The translations under genes and the position numbers were made by a program. A DNA stretch of 35,507 nt from Candidatus Fermentibacterota bacterium (GTDB lineage: Bacteria; JAFGKV01): contig JAFGKV010000155.1 in NCBI GenBank assembly GCA_016928395.1, positions 1 through 35,507 on the forward strand, read 5' to 3'. Shown here piece by piece: positions 10,196-18,972 of the stretch (positions are counted from its first letter, which is position 1; every line of letters starts with the position of its first letter). The notes under the pieces are model-generated. The model did not search any database and was not told the origin of the DNA. It was given only the letters and a program-made list of their open reading frames with translations.

Positions 10196-10747
10196 ATGGG
10201 TACTCTGGATGCCGTGCTGATCGTCATCGCGGCGGTAGCGGCTGTCATCGGCGCCGTCAAGGGTCTGGTCAGGCAAGTCGGAATCGTCGTGGCCGTCGTG
10301 GCAGGCATCGGCCTTTCCCTCCGGTATGGGACGGCGGTGACGGGATGGCTCGGCCGCTGGATCGGCTCTGCTCAGGTGCGCGGCGTGCTGGGCCCGGCGC
10401 TGGTGTTCCTGGCGGTCTATCTGGTCGTCATCCTCTGCGCCTCGCTCCTGCACCGCCTCCTGTGCGCCGCCTCTCTCGGCTGGATGAACCGGCTTGCCGG
10501 CGCAGCCCTGGGCGTGATGACCTCGGTTCTGCTTATCGGCGCCATCTTGCTGGTGCTCACCGCCCATGTCCCCTCCTTCCGGCCCGCTGTGGCCCGGTCA
10601 CCAGTGGCAATCGAGATAATGCGGGGGGCACAGGGCATGGTCTCCCTCGTCCCCCACGAAGTCCGCGAGGCATTCAGCCATGGGTGGGATGAAGTGCAGA
10701 AGCTCATCGCCCGGTATCGGAAGCTCCCTCCTCCGCCCGTCGTCTAG
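10196..10747 (+). CDS. cvpA: CvpA (colicin V production) family membrane protein
   Basis: LDAVL...GAVKGLVRQV and LGWMNRLAGAALG motifs; 3 nt after the alr stop. Confidence 0.9.
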   Translation: MGTLDAVLIVIAAVAAVIGAVKGLVRQVGIVVAVVAGIGLSLRYGTAVTGWLGRWIGSAQVRGVLGPALVFLAVYLVVILCASLLHRLLCAASLGWMNRLAGAALGVMTSVLLIGAILLVLTAHVPSFRPAVARSPVAIEIMRGAQGMVSLVPHEVREAFSHGWDEVQKLIARYRKLPPPPVV

Positions 10748-10971
10748 CCGCCTCGCCACTAGTCTTCGGAGGCGTATTTCGCCCGGGTTTCCCACGCCTC
10801 GTCACTTTGTGATCCCCAAACCGTGAGGTCGCAGTTGTCTGCACGAGGTCTTCCCGATTAGTTACAGTGCAGGTCGTTCTTGATGCAGCCGCGTCCCTCG
10901 CCCCGAGCGTTGTAGTCGTTGTGGCGATGAGAGCCGGCGGCCAGGCTTCACAATGGTAAAGGAGGCATTCC

Positions 10972-11457
10972 GTGCGCGTGGTACGTGTGGCACTACTTCT
11001 CTGTGTGATGCTCGTGGTAATGGCGCCTCAATGCAGTGAGGATGAAACCCGGCAGGCACAGCCGGCCCCTTCCCCCACCCCGACCGAGCCTGTCACCCTG
11101 TATGGTGTTGTTCGCGGTTCACCGCCCAGGGGCATGCCTCCGTCTGAGACTCCAAGCCTCGGATCAACCGTACCGGATGCACTGGTGGCTCTGCACACGT
11201 TCTCGGCCCGCGAAGACGCTGCCGGAGAGGTCGTGGTCTCCACCCGGACCGATAGCGTTGGCGCATATCGGCTCCAGGCACCTCCAGGAACATACTATCT
11301 GGCCGTCAGCCACGCCATGATACCCTATACGTCGTTCACGCAGGGGTACATGGACAAGAGCTTCGCCCCGGAGGACAGCATTCAGACGTTCCGTATCTTG
11401 GAGGTTTCCGCAGATCAAGAAGAGAACATCATCGTCCCGCAACGGTGGCCTCAGTAG
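10972..11457 (+). CDS. Probable lipoprotein with a carboxypeptidase-regulatory-like/prealbumin-like beta-sandwich
   Basis: AAGGAGG RBS; signal peptide ending in Cys; LYGVV...VPDALV..TRTDSVGAYRL.APPGTYYL pattern. Confidence 0.75.
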   Translation: MRVVRVALLLCVMLVVMAPQCSEDETRQAQPAPSPTPTEPVTLYGVVRGSPPRGMPPSETPSLGSTVPDALVALHTFSAREDAAGEVVVSTRTDSVGAYRLQAPPGTYYLAVSHAMIPYTSFTQGYMDKSFAPEDSIQTFRILEVSADQEENIIVPQRWPQ

Positions 11458-11531
11458 CGCGGTGTCGCGGGTGGTGATCCGGAAGCGAGGATGATGGGAG
11501 TTTCCCTCGTGCGCCCGCGCGTGCTCCTGAA

Positions 11532-12539
11532 ATGACGCCGTTCAGTGTTCCTCTTGCTGCGTTTCTGGGGATCTCGACCGTAGCGGGAGTGCCGCCCGTC
11601 GAATGCGCCAGACTGCTGTGCGCCCTTCTCGCACTGATCGTACCTCATAGGGAACTAGTTCTGGCTTTGGTGGGATTGGCTTTGCTGCGGCGTGGGCGCA
11701 ATGGAATGCTCGACGGCCCATCGCTGGGCTGGGGAATGCTCCTGGCGGCTCACGCTGTCAGTACGTGGGCATCTCCTCGTTCACCGGCGGTATTCGTGTT
11801 CCTGGGAATGGCCGCATTCCTCCTGGGAGGAGTGTGGCCATTCTGCGCGTCATGGCTTGCCTCTGACGAGGGATGGGGCAGACGGGTTGGCCGGGGAGTG
11901 TTGTCGATTCACTTCCTGGGGATCGTGCTCCCCTCAGTGAACCCAGTCGCGGTAGAGGCCTGGGCGCCATGGGCTTTGTTCATGCCGGCCCTCGGTCTGG
12001 TTTGGGGAGGCGCCCTGGCCTTGTCTCCCTCGGGCCAGCGTTCCTCCCTGAGCCTGCTGTGGTTCTATGAGCTGCAGCTTATGGCTCTGTTCATCCTGGG
12101 AACCCGGGGAGGCCGTCCCGAGACGGCCGTCCTCCTCCTGTGGGCAATCATCCTGCCCATGGCAGTGCTTGTGGCGACGCAGGCAGGAAGTGGCCGCTCG
12201 GCAACTGGCCATAGAACGGCCCAGTGCGCAGCCGGCTTTGCATTGGCCTCTCTGATGGCTGTTCCCGGTCTGGTAGGGTTTGCCGCTCGGTTCTCCGCCG
12301 TGGCAACCCTTCTCGGCAGCAGCCCTGCAGGGCTGGCCTGCTATGCGGCTGGACTGCTGGTTCTGCCTGCGCTTTTGCGCCCGCTCCGGGATGAGATGCG
12401 TTCTGCCTCGCTCACGCTGAGGACCGCCGCAACAACTGCGGCGGCGACGATAGGCGTCATCCTCTTGGGAGTCCTGCCAGGCCTCTCCTCCGGAACCTGG
12501 CGTGGAGCCGGACTGTGGCGGTTCCTGCTGAAGGGGTAG
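11532..12539 (+). CDS. Integral membrane protein, remote similarity to NuoN/MrpD-type antiporter-like subunits
   Basis: Highly hydrophobic; ALASLMAVPGLVGFAARF resembles the SLAGxPPxxGFxxKF motif. Confidence 0.55.
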   Translation: MTPFSVPLAAFLGISTVAGVPPVECARLLCALLALIVPHRELVLALVGLALLRRGRNGMLDGPSLGWGMLLAAHAVSTWASPRSPAVFVFLGMAAFLLGGVWPFCASWLASDEGWGRRVGRGVLSIHFLGIVLPSVNPVAVEAWAPWALFMPALGLVWGGALALSPSGQRSSLSLLWFYELQLMALFILGTRGGRPETAVLLLWAIILPMAVLVATQAGSGRSATGHRTAQCAAGFALASLMAVPGLVGFAARFSAVATLLGSSPAGLACYAAGLLVLPALLRPLRDEMRSASLTLRTAATTAAATIGVILLGVLPGLSSGTWRGAGLWRFLLKG

Positions 12540-12668
12540 ATTCCCGACAGCGACGCCGAAGCCGGGTGACAGAAGGCACGTAAAGGTAGGAAGGTTCAGG
12601 GTTCGGTCGGGCCTCTGAGGACGCGGGGCGCACTCAGGGTTTTCGGGGATGAGAGAAAGCCGCGCAGC

Positions 12669-12746
12669 GGGCGGGCACAGAGTCCCGCCCCTACAGAGCT
12701 CTGCGAGCAACCGTTGCCTCGTAGGGGCGACCGTCTCTGGTCGCCC
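12669..12746. repeat. Pair of GTAG-type REP-like hairpins in opposite orientation
   Basis: Minus 12694-12669 GTAG-GGGCGGG-N8-CCCGCCC; plus 12721-12746 GTAG-GGGCGACC-N6-GGTCGCCC. Confidence 0.75.
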
Positions 12747-12749
12747 GCC

Positions 12750-12940
12750 GGGGTGGGGTTCGGGGCCGGTATCGCTATCGTTGTCGTAATCGTAATCGAC
12801 GAGCCGAGGCAGCCGAGCACGAGTACGAGCACGGCTTTGCATGTACTCTCAAACAAGGGTTCAGGGTTCAGTCAAGCCTCCGAGAGTGTACGCCAGGCTG
12901 AATTCTGGCTTCTGACTCCTGGATTCTGAATTCTGACTCC
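12750..12940. repeat. Periodic-repeat element, copy C, followed by a degenerate 7-mer tandem array
   Basis: Hexamer runs GGTATC/GCTATC/GTTGTC/GTAATC and GAGCAC/GAGTAC; TTCTGGC-TTCTGAC-TCCTGGA-TTCTGAA-TTCTGAC at 12903-12937. Confidence 0.75.
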
Positions 12941-12982
12941 CCGAGTTGTCGCCTGCGTGCGTCTTCACGTCACAATTCCCAT

Positions 12983-14038
12983 TCATTCCAGGGGAGTCAG
13001 GGGAACCTCTCTCACCTGTAGTTCGCGCGGGTGCTGAATCCTTATACCAGCGCGGCCCAGCAGGGCCTGCACACGCTCCGTCTTCACGCAGTACGTAACG
13101 CCGTAATCATGGCTCTTGAAATCCTCTGCGACGATGGATGAAGGGTCAACTTCGTCAAGGTGTGATCCGGGCAATATTGAATCGTCATATCCCCACACCT
13201 TAACCCTCTGGCCTCCCGTTCCCGTGACGATTCCCACCAGCTCAAATGCACCCGTGGCACGAACCGTGGCCAAGACGATTCCGCCGCTGTAGCCCGGCGG
13301 GGTCGCGGCGGCCACGAGAAAGTTCGCATCGTCATGGGGAGTCGCCACGCCCCAGGTCAACTGGAACAGACCCCTGGGCGAACCGAGAATGTATAGGCCG
13401 TCGCCGGGCCTGATGGCACTGCCCTGTCCAATGCCATAGGGAATTGGCGTAGGCAGGACACTGAGCAGCGAGGCATCGGCCCTGAGTATAGCCAGGTCGT
13501 CCTGTTCGGAGTACGCGACCATCCGGGCCGCGACCTGCCCGTGGCCGGGCCTGCCGATGAGGGTCTGCTGCGCCTTACGCAGCGCCGAACCGATCAGCAG
13601 CCGGCCAGTAGTCGTGAGCGTGGTGGAGATCTCGGTGCGCACCGTTGGTGGGAAGTCCACCACATGGAGACAGGTGAGAATAAGGCACTCACTCCCGTCT
13701 CTTCGGAGGATCACGCCCGCTCCCCGGATGTTCTCGCTTCGCCGCTCCAATGAGGTGCCTCCGGGGGAAGGGAGCAGCCGAAACCCAGTGGGGCTGGTGG
13801 AGTCAGCGGGGATACCCTCAGGGCCAACCTCGTGGCGGTAGTGCGTGACCTCGTATTGGGCATGGGTCATCACCGCCACCATGAAAGGCGGCGGCCACTC
13901 ATCCCATCCGGGGGCGGCGGGCGCGGAAGAGTATCTCCCCGTACCCGCCGCCTTGGGATCGATCAGGAGAGTGGACACCGAGCAGGAGACCAGAAGCACA
14001 AGTGCCAGGCTTCCAAGACTCGCTGCCCGTCTACTCAT
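12983..14038 (-). CDS. Trypsin-like (S1) serine protease, probable lipoprotein
   Basis: LLVSC lipobox; triad motifs ILTCLHVV, DDLAIL, PPGYSGG. Confidence 0.85.
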   Translation of the reverse strand: MSRRAASLGSLALVLLVSCSVSTLLIDPKAAGTGRYSSAPAAPGWDEWPPPFMVAVMTHAQYEVTHYRHEVGPEGIPADSTSPTGFRLLPSPGGTSLERRSENIRGAGVILRRDGSECLILTCLHVVDFPPTVRTEISTTLTTTGRLLIGSALRKAQQTLIGRPGHGQVAARMVAYSEQDDLAILRADASLLSVLPTPIPYGIGQGSAIRPGDGLYILGSPRGLFQLTWGVATPHDDANFLVAAATPPGYSGGIVLATVRATGAFELVGIVTGTGGQRVKVWGYDDSILPGSHLDEVDPSSIVAEDFKSHDYGVTYCVKTERVQALLGRAGIRIQHPRELQVREVPLTPLE

Positions 14039-14047
14039 GGGTCAGCC

Positions 14048-15301
14048 CTATGTCCCTTCCTCGTAGCTGTCGCGGTAGGCGATCTGATCCGGCGTGAGCT
14101 GGTCGAGGTGTGCGCCCATGGTTTCAAGCTTCACTCCTGCGATCTCCTGATCCTGCTCCTCGGACACGGTGTAGACCTCATGGGACAGGGTGGACCCGTG
14201 CTCCCGGAGATAGAGCATGGCCATGAATTGATTGGCGAAGCTCATGTCCATCACCTCACTGGGATGGCCTTCGGCCGCGGCCAAATTGACGAGACGACCC
14301 CGGGCGAGGAGGTAGATACGGCGGCCGTCGGGCAGAACAAACTCCTCGCAGTTGGGCCGGATTTCCATGACTGATGAGGCTTGGGCCTCCAGATCAGGAA
14401 TCCGGAGTTCGCAATCGTAATGGCCTGTATTGCAGACGATGGCGCCATCCTTCATACTCTCGAAGTGGCGGCCCACAATGACATCCTTCATGCCCGTGGC
14501 AGTGATGAAGATGTCGCCCAAGGATGCTGCTTCGTCCATCGGCATAACCCTGTATCCGTCAAGCATCGCCTTGAGTGCCGCGGTCGGCTTGATCTCGGTC
14601 ACGATGACATTGGCGCCCTGGCCCTGGGCCCGGCGCGCACAGCCGCTTCCACAGCGCCCATAGCCGGCGACCACTATGGTCTTGCCCGCGAAGAGAACGC
14701 TGGTGGCACGTAGAATGCCATCAAGAGAAGATTGGCCGGTCCCATACACATTGTCAAAGTCCCATTTCGTCTCCGCATCATTCACGGCGATCACCGGATA
14801 CAGGAGCTTGCCGGCTTTCGCCAAAGCGCGGAGCCGATGCACCCCTGTGGTGGTCTCTTCGGTGCCCCCCAAGATGCCGCCGGCCAGTTCAGGGGCAGTA
14901 CTGTGAACCCGGAAGATGAGATCGCAGCCGTCGTCCAGCGTCAGGGTCGGCTTCAGATCAAGGGTACGGTCAATGGCCCAGTAGAACTCGTCTTTGGACA
15001 TACCGTGCCACGCAAACACGGGAATGCCGTCGGCAGCCAATGCCGCGGCGACATCGTCCTGGGTTGACAGCGGGTTGCATCCGCTCCAGGCCACCTCGGC
15101 TCCGGCGGCCACCAAAGTCTTGACCAGGACCGCAGTCTCCTTGGTCACGTGCAGCGATCCGGAGATCCGCATCCCGGCCAGCGGCTTCGTCCGGCTGTGA
15201 AGTTCCCGCAGGCGCATGAGCACAGGCATCCGTGACTCGGCCCACCTGATTTTCTTGTGGCCCACCTCGGCCAATGACATGTCGGCGACCTTGAAATCCA
15301 T
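14048..15301 (-). CDS. ahcY: Adenosylhomocysteinase
   Basis: CNPLSTQD, GTEETTTG, FDNVYGTGQS, GRLVNLAAAEGHPSEVMDMSFANQ; AAGGAG RBS before ATG at 15301. Confidence 0.98.
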   Translation of the reverse strand: MDFKVADMSLAEVGHKKIRWAESRMPVLMRLRELHSRTKPLAGMRISGSLHVTKETAVLVKTLVAAGAEVAWSGCNPLSTQDDVAAALAADGIPVFAWHGMSKDEFYWAIDRTLDLKPTLTLDDGCDLIFRVHSTAPELAGGILGGTEETTTGVHRLRALAKAGKLLYPVIAVNDAETKWDFDNVYGTGQSSLDGILRATSVLFAGKTIVVAGYGRCGSGCARRAQGQGANVIVTEIKPTAALKAMLDGYRVMPMDEAASLGDIFITATGMKDVIVGRHFESMKDGAIVCNTGHYDCELRIPDLEAQASSVMEIRPNCEEFVLPDGRRIYLLARGRLVNLAAAEGHPSEVMDMSFANQFMAMLYLREHGSTLSHEVYTVSEEQDQEIAGVKLETMGAHLDQLTPDQIAYRDSYEEGT

Positions 15302-15399
15302 GATTTCTCCTTTCAATACTCCTCGCATCCCCACGGGATGCTCTGGTAGTACACACATGGGTGAAACACCCGAATGAATGCTCAGTGGCGCCGCTTCCC

Positions 15400-16323
15400 C
15401 TAGTCCCTCCTGGCCTGCACGGCGATGAGGCCAAGGCCCGCCGGCGGAGTCCGTGTCTCCGCGGAGAGCATGGTAAACCCGCTGGAGGCCACCCATTGGG
15501 CCATCTCAGATTCCGAGAATCCCATCCACAATCCGCCCAGCTCATCCCGGGCGTGTTCATTGTGATGCGCGAGAGGCTCGATCACCGTGAGAGTGCCCCC
15601 CGTCTCGCACACGCGGGCCGCTTCTTCCAAGGCCGCCTGGGGATCGGGCACACTATGGAGCACGAGCCCGATGAACACGGCGTCCACCTCGCGCTCTCTC
15701 AGGGGAAGGTGCTCCAATTCGCCCAACCGGAACTCGCAGCCTGGGATGCCGGCATCCCGGGCCCGCTGGCGTGCCTGGTCCAGGATCTCGGGCGAGTGAT
15801 CAACACCGATGACACGCGACGCGATAGCGGAAAGAGTTGGCAGGAGCCATCCCGAGCCGCAGCCAAGGTCAGCCATCGTGCCCCCGGGGGGAACCAGCGC
15901 CGCGACCGTGGTGCGGTACGCATCCAGATCGATCCAGGCAGCCAGGTTCTCCGGCCAGGTCCGCGCCAGAGTGGCGAAGAAGCCGCGACGTTCGGCCTTG
16001 CGATCCGCCAGAAGCCGGGCCGCCCGCAGCCTGTCGGCGCGAACCGTCGGATCGTCCAGCCGGGCTATTGCCGCGTCTGCCAGCCGGACGGGCTCTCCCC
16101 TGGACTCCCGGGCGTAGTAGGCACGCACGCCTTCCCGGCGAACCCGTACTAGGCCACAGCGCAGGAGTATGGCCAGATGATGGGAGACCCGCGGTTGGCT
16201 CAACTCGAGGCAGGTCACCAGCTCCGAAACAGCGAGGCTCCCCTCGCCCAGCACGGCCAGAAGGCGAAGCCGGGTCGCGTCAGCCAGCGCGCTCAGGGCT
16301 GCTATGGTGGTAATGAGATTCAT
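15400..16323 (-). CDS. sahR: ArsR-family HTH fused to a SAM-binding methyltransferase fold (SahR-like regulator)
   Basis: LADATRLRLL, SQPRVSHHL HTH; DLGCGSG SAM motif; lies directly upstream of ahcY. Confidence 0.88.
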   Translation of the reverse strand: MNLITTIAALSALADATRLRLLAVLGEGSLAVSELVTCLELSQPRVSHHLAILLRCGLVRVRREGVRAYYARESRGEPVRLADAAIARLDDPTVRADRLRAARLLADRKAERRGFFATLARTWPENLAAWIDLDAYRTTVAALVPPGGTMADLGCGSGWLLPTLSAIASRVIGVDHSPEILDQARQRARDAGIPGCEFRLGELEHLPLREREVDAVFIGLVLHSVPDPQAALEEAARVCETGGTLTVIEPLAHHNEHARDELGGLWMGFSESEMAQWVASSGFTMLSAETRTPPAGLGLIAVQARRD

Positions 16324-16327
16324 AACG

Positions 16328-16360
16328 ACATAAAGATAGATAGATATCATGTCCTGTCAA
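16328..16360 (-). promoter_or_regulatory. Sigma70-like promoter with an overlapping candidate SahR operator
   Basis: Minus strand TTGACA (16360-16355), N16, TATCTT; AT-rich imperfect palindrome ACATAAAGATAGATAGATAT at 16328-16347. Confidence 0.6.
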
Positions 16361-16409
16361 CACCGCATGCCCGACCGACTGCGCCGGGAGAGGTTGGCAT
16401 CGCCCATCC

Positions 16410-16500
16410 CATCGGTATCGCTCTCGCGGTTGACGTGGAGGATCCTGGGGCGATACTGATACCGATACCGAACCCCACCCCCAGGGCCGTACTCTCAATC
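16410..16500. repeat. Periodic-repeat element, copy D
   Basis: Reverse complement GGGGTGGGGTTCGGTATCGGTATCAGTATCGC matches copies A and C; GTACTCTCAA at 16489-16498. Confidence 0.65.
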
Positions 16501-16555
16501 CTTGAGAAATCGGACCGAACCCCATGGCCTCGGTGGCCGCACTCAACCCTGAACC

Positions 16556-17233
16556 TCACGACCCCTTCGTACTGCCGGGCTCATTCCTCCGGAGGATGGT
16601 GACGCGGATCTCATCCCTCCAGACGGTGGCAAAGCCAAAGCGCGTGCACATGAAGGCGAAGGAATCGGCGTGGTAGAAGACGACGTGGGTCGGATCGCGT
16701 GGGTAATGCCAGGAACCAAATCGATCAACGCTCACCCACCTTTCGGTCATGATACCCAACAGCCCGCCGGGCTTGAGCAATGGGCGTATCCGACCGATCT
16801 CTCCGGCCGGATCGCAGAAGTGCTCAAAGCATTCGCTCGAAATGACGAAATCGTACGGCGGCCGCGGCGGACTGTCTGCAAAGAACGGATCGTAGTCGTC
16901 GCAAACGATCCCCTGCTGTCGCACCAACAATGACAGCACGGGCACGGGGCCCGAGCCGTAGTCGAGCCCCCGCATCGTTCGGTCGAGGTGCGGGAGCATC
17001 GGGTGGAGCAGGCGATTCAGATGCCGGACGTACCCCGGGTCTTCGATGCTGTTCTTGTGCGTTTCGTAGCGCGCCCGCTCTTCAGCCTGAGGCAGATGAT
17101 GCGGTGGCTCCACGAAAATCACCGAGCAGTTGCCGCAGAGGTGGTAGCGGCGATCGTCCGGGCCGCGTACCGGTGTCGTCTGCCCGGAAATGCGGCATAA
17201 CGGGCAGGAGGCCGGATCTGAAGTGAACTTCAA
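16556..17233 (-). CDS. Class I SAM-dependent methyltransferase with N-terminal Cys pairs
   Basis: CPLC...CGNC; GLDYGSGP; YDFVISSECFEHF; WHYPRDPTHV; TTG start inferred. Confidence 0.88.
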   Translation of the reverse strand: MKFTSDPASCPLCRISGQTTPVRGPDDRRYHLCGNCSVIFVEPPHHLPQAEERARYETHKNSIEDPGYVRHLNRLLHPMLPHLDRTMRGLDYGSGPVPVLSLLVRQQGIVCDDYDPFFADSPPRPPYDFVISSECFEHFCDPAGEIGRIRPLLKPGGLLGIMTERWVSVDRFGSWHYPRDPTHVVFYHADSFAFMCTRFGFATVWRDEIRVTILRRNEPGSTKGS

Positions 17234-17291
17234 AAAATAAAGCTTCTCCGTGAACTCGGCGGCGTTTCTGTCGGTTTTCCCTCTGGCCCCA

Positions 17292-18818
17292 CTAGAACAA
17301 TAGGCCGCCGCCCGCGAAGAGGTGAAGAATGCCGAGAATGATGCAGGCAATGCCCAACGGTACCTGGTGGCGTTCGATCTGATCTATCTGGGCTTCGTGC
17401 GTACGAAGCATCTCCTGAGCCTTGGCGGCGGCCCCGGCTGCCTTCTCCTGGGCTGACGAGGGTTCCTCCCCGGGCACGACCCCCGCGGGCTTCTTCAGCA
17501 GAATCTCCTTGCCGAGGAAAAGACCGCCGACAATGATCGAGAGCTGGGGCAGGATATCGGCAAATGGGGAAAAGAAGAACATGAGGGCCCGCAGGAACGC
17601 GACAATGCCAAGGACCAAAGCGATGACGCCCAAGCTGTTCCGAAGCGGCAGAATCCGCGCATACACCGCGTCAAGCTGGGGAACCTTCGGCTTCAAGTAC
17701 GAGACTGCCAGCAGCAGGCCGACCACGATGTTGGCGATCACCAGCGCCAGACGGAAGAGAACGCCGAACAGGCCGCCGCGTGAGCTCCTCCCTCCTCCCA
17801 TCTTGGGCACATTGGATATGCGCATTCTCATGATGTCGCCGACCCAGACGGTGGTCCACGGGGGCGCCTTGTCGATGCCCGCCTCCTCTTTGGTCAGGAT
17901 TGTCAAAGAGAAGACCCGCGCCACATTCTCCTTCTTCTCGGCCTGATTATGACAGGCGGCCCAGATGGGAAGGCCCCATTGGATGGTCTGGCCCAAAAGA
18001 TTCTTCTTGGCGCTGACCCAATCGCCGCGCACCGCCACCGCGAAGGTATGATCGGGGTCCTTTCCGGTGCGGAACGATTCGTCGTTCTGCAGCCACTCCA
18101 TGGCCGATTTGGCCAGCTTGTCGGGATTGCCGGGCCCGGCGAAGCTCTTGTAGTGCCCGGGCCAGCGCGCCTCATCGATGGCCTTCTGGATGCCCGCCAT
18201 GGCTTTCTTCATGTCCTTATCGACGCGCCCTATCCACTCCTTGGCCTTGGCATTGTCGGGATCGAAGCGCAGGGCCAATGCCAGCTTGTCCTTCAACTCG
18301 ACGAAGTTGGCCTCCGTGACTTGGGATGAGAAGCTCGAGATCCGTTGTTCTACCCCCTCGGCCTCGCGGACCAGTGCCTCCGCCTTGTCCAGCCGGGCCT
18401 GCCGGATATTGGCGATCCACTTCGCCAGTTCCTCGTAGATGGCGCCGGCGGTCTCCGTAGGGTGCTTGCCGCTGCGCCAGTCGAACGTCACGATAGACTT
18501 GAACACATCATCGATCTCAGAACGAGAACTGCCGTACCTCTTTGAGAATGCCTCCAGAGACTTCGTGATCCCGGGGATATCCTTCTTCGTAACGTCGTCG
18601 AGAACCGGCAGGATGCGTTCATACTCATCGCCGATGATGTTCGGCGCATAGCTCGGAACGATGTTCTCCACTTTCTCTTTGAGGCCTTCCCGCAGCGCAT
18701 GCAGATCATTCCAATCCCGAATCGCTTCATCCTCAGTAGGCGCCGCAAAAACTGGGACGGGTTGAGCAAGGAGAAGGGCACACACGACAGTTGAGGCCAC
18801 CCGAAACCAGAAACTCAT
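17292..18818 (-). CDS. Hypothetical exported protein with a helical soluble domain and a C-terminal multi-TM region
   Basis: AGGAG RBS, signal peptide, TPR-like LALALRFDPDNAKAK, about four C-terminal hydrophobic segments. Confidence 0.8.
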   Translation of the reverse strand: MSFWFRVASTVVCALLLAQPVPVFAAPTEDEAIRDWNDLHALREGLKEKVENIVPSYAPNIIGDEYERILPVLDDVTKKDIPGITKSLEAFSKRYGSSRSEIDDVFKSIVTFDWRSGKHPTETAGAIYEELAKWIANIRQARLDKAEALVREAEGVEQRISSFSSQVTEANFVELKDKLALALRFDPDNAKAKEWIGRVDKDMKKAMAGIQKAIDEARWPGHYKSFAGPGNPDKLAKSAMEWLQNDESFRTGKDPDHTFAVAVRGDWVSAKKNLLGQTIQWGLPIWAACHNQAEKKENVARVFSLTILTKEEAGIDKAPPWTTVWVGDIMRMRISNVPKMGGGRSSRGGLFGVLFRLALVIANIVVGLLLAVSYLKPKVPQLDAVYARILPLRNSLGVIALVLGIVAFLRALMFFFSPFADILPQLSIIVGGLFLGKEILLKKPAGVVPGEEPSSAQEKAAGAAAKAQEMLRTHEAQIDQIERHQVPLGIACIILGILHLFAGGGLLF

Positions 18819-18972
18819 GCGATTACTCCTTGACGAGAGAGCAGACCGAAAGACCTTGCACCGAAACAGACGTGACGCCTTGAAGAATAGACCAAGCATT
18901 CGCCCCTGTCAATCAAACCAGCTCTCGAACACCCGGAATCCAGCATCGTGATGAGTCCGGCCCGGCGTACCC

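Noticed and set aside
12750-12940. CRISPR array
   Set aside because: Repeats are 6-7 nt tandem units with no constant repeat and unique spacer pattern; no cas genes
15302-15399. SAH or SAM riboswitch before ahcY
   Set aside because: Only a simple GCATCCC/GGGATGC hairpin; no conserved riboswitch core recognised
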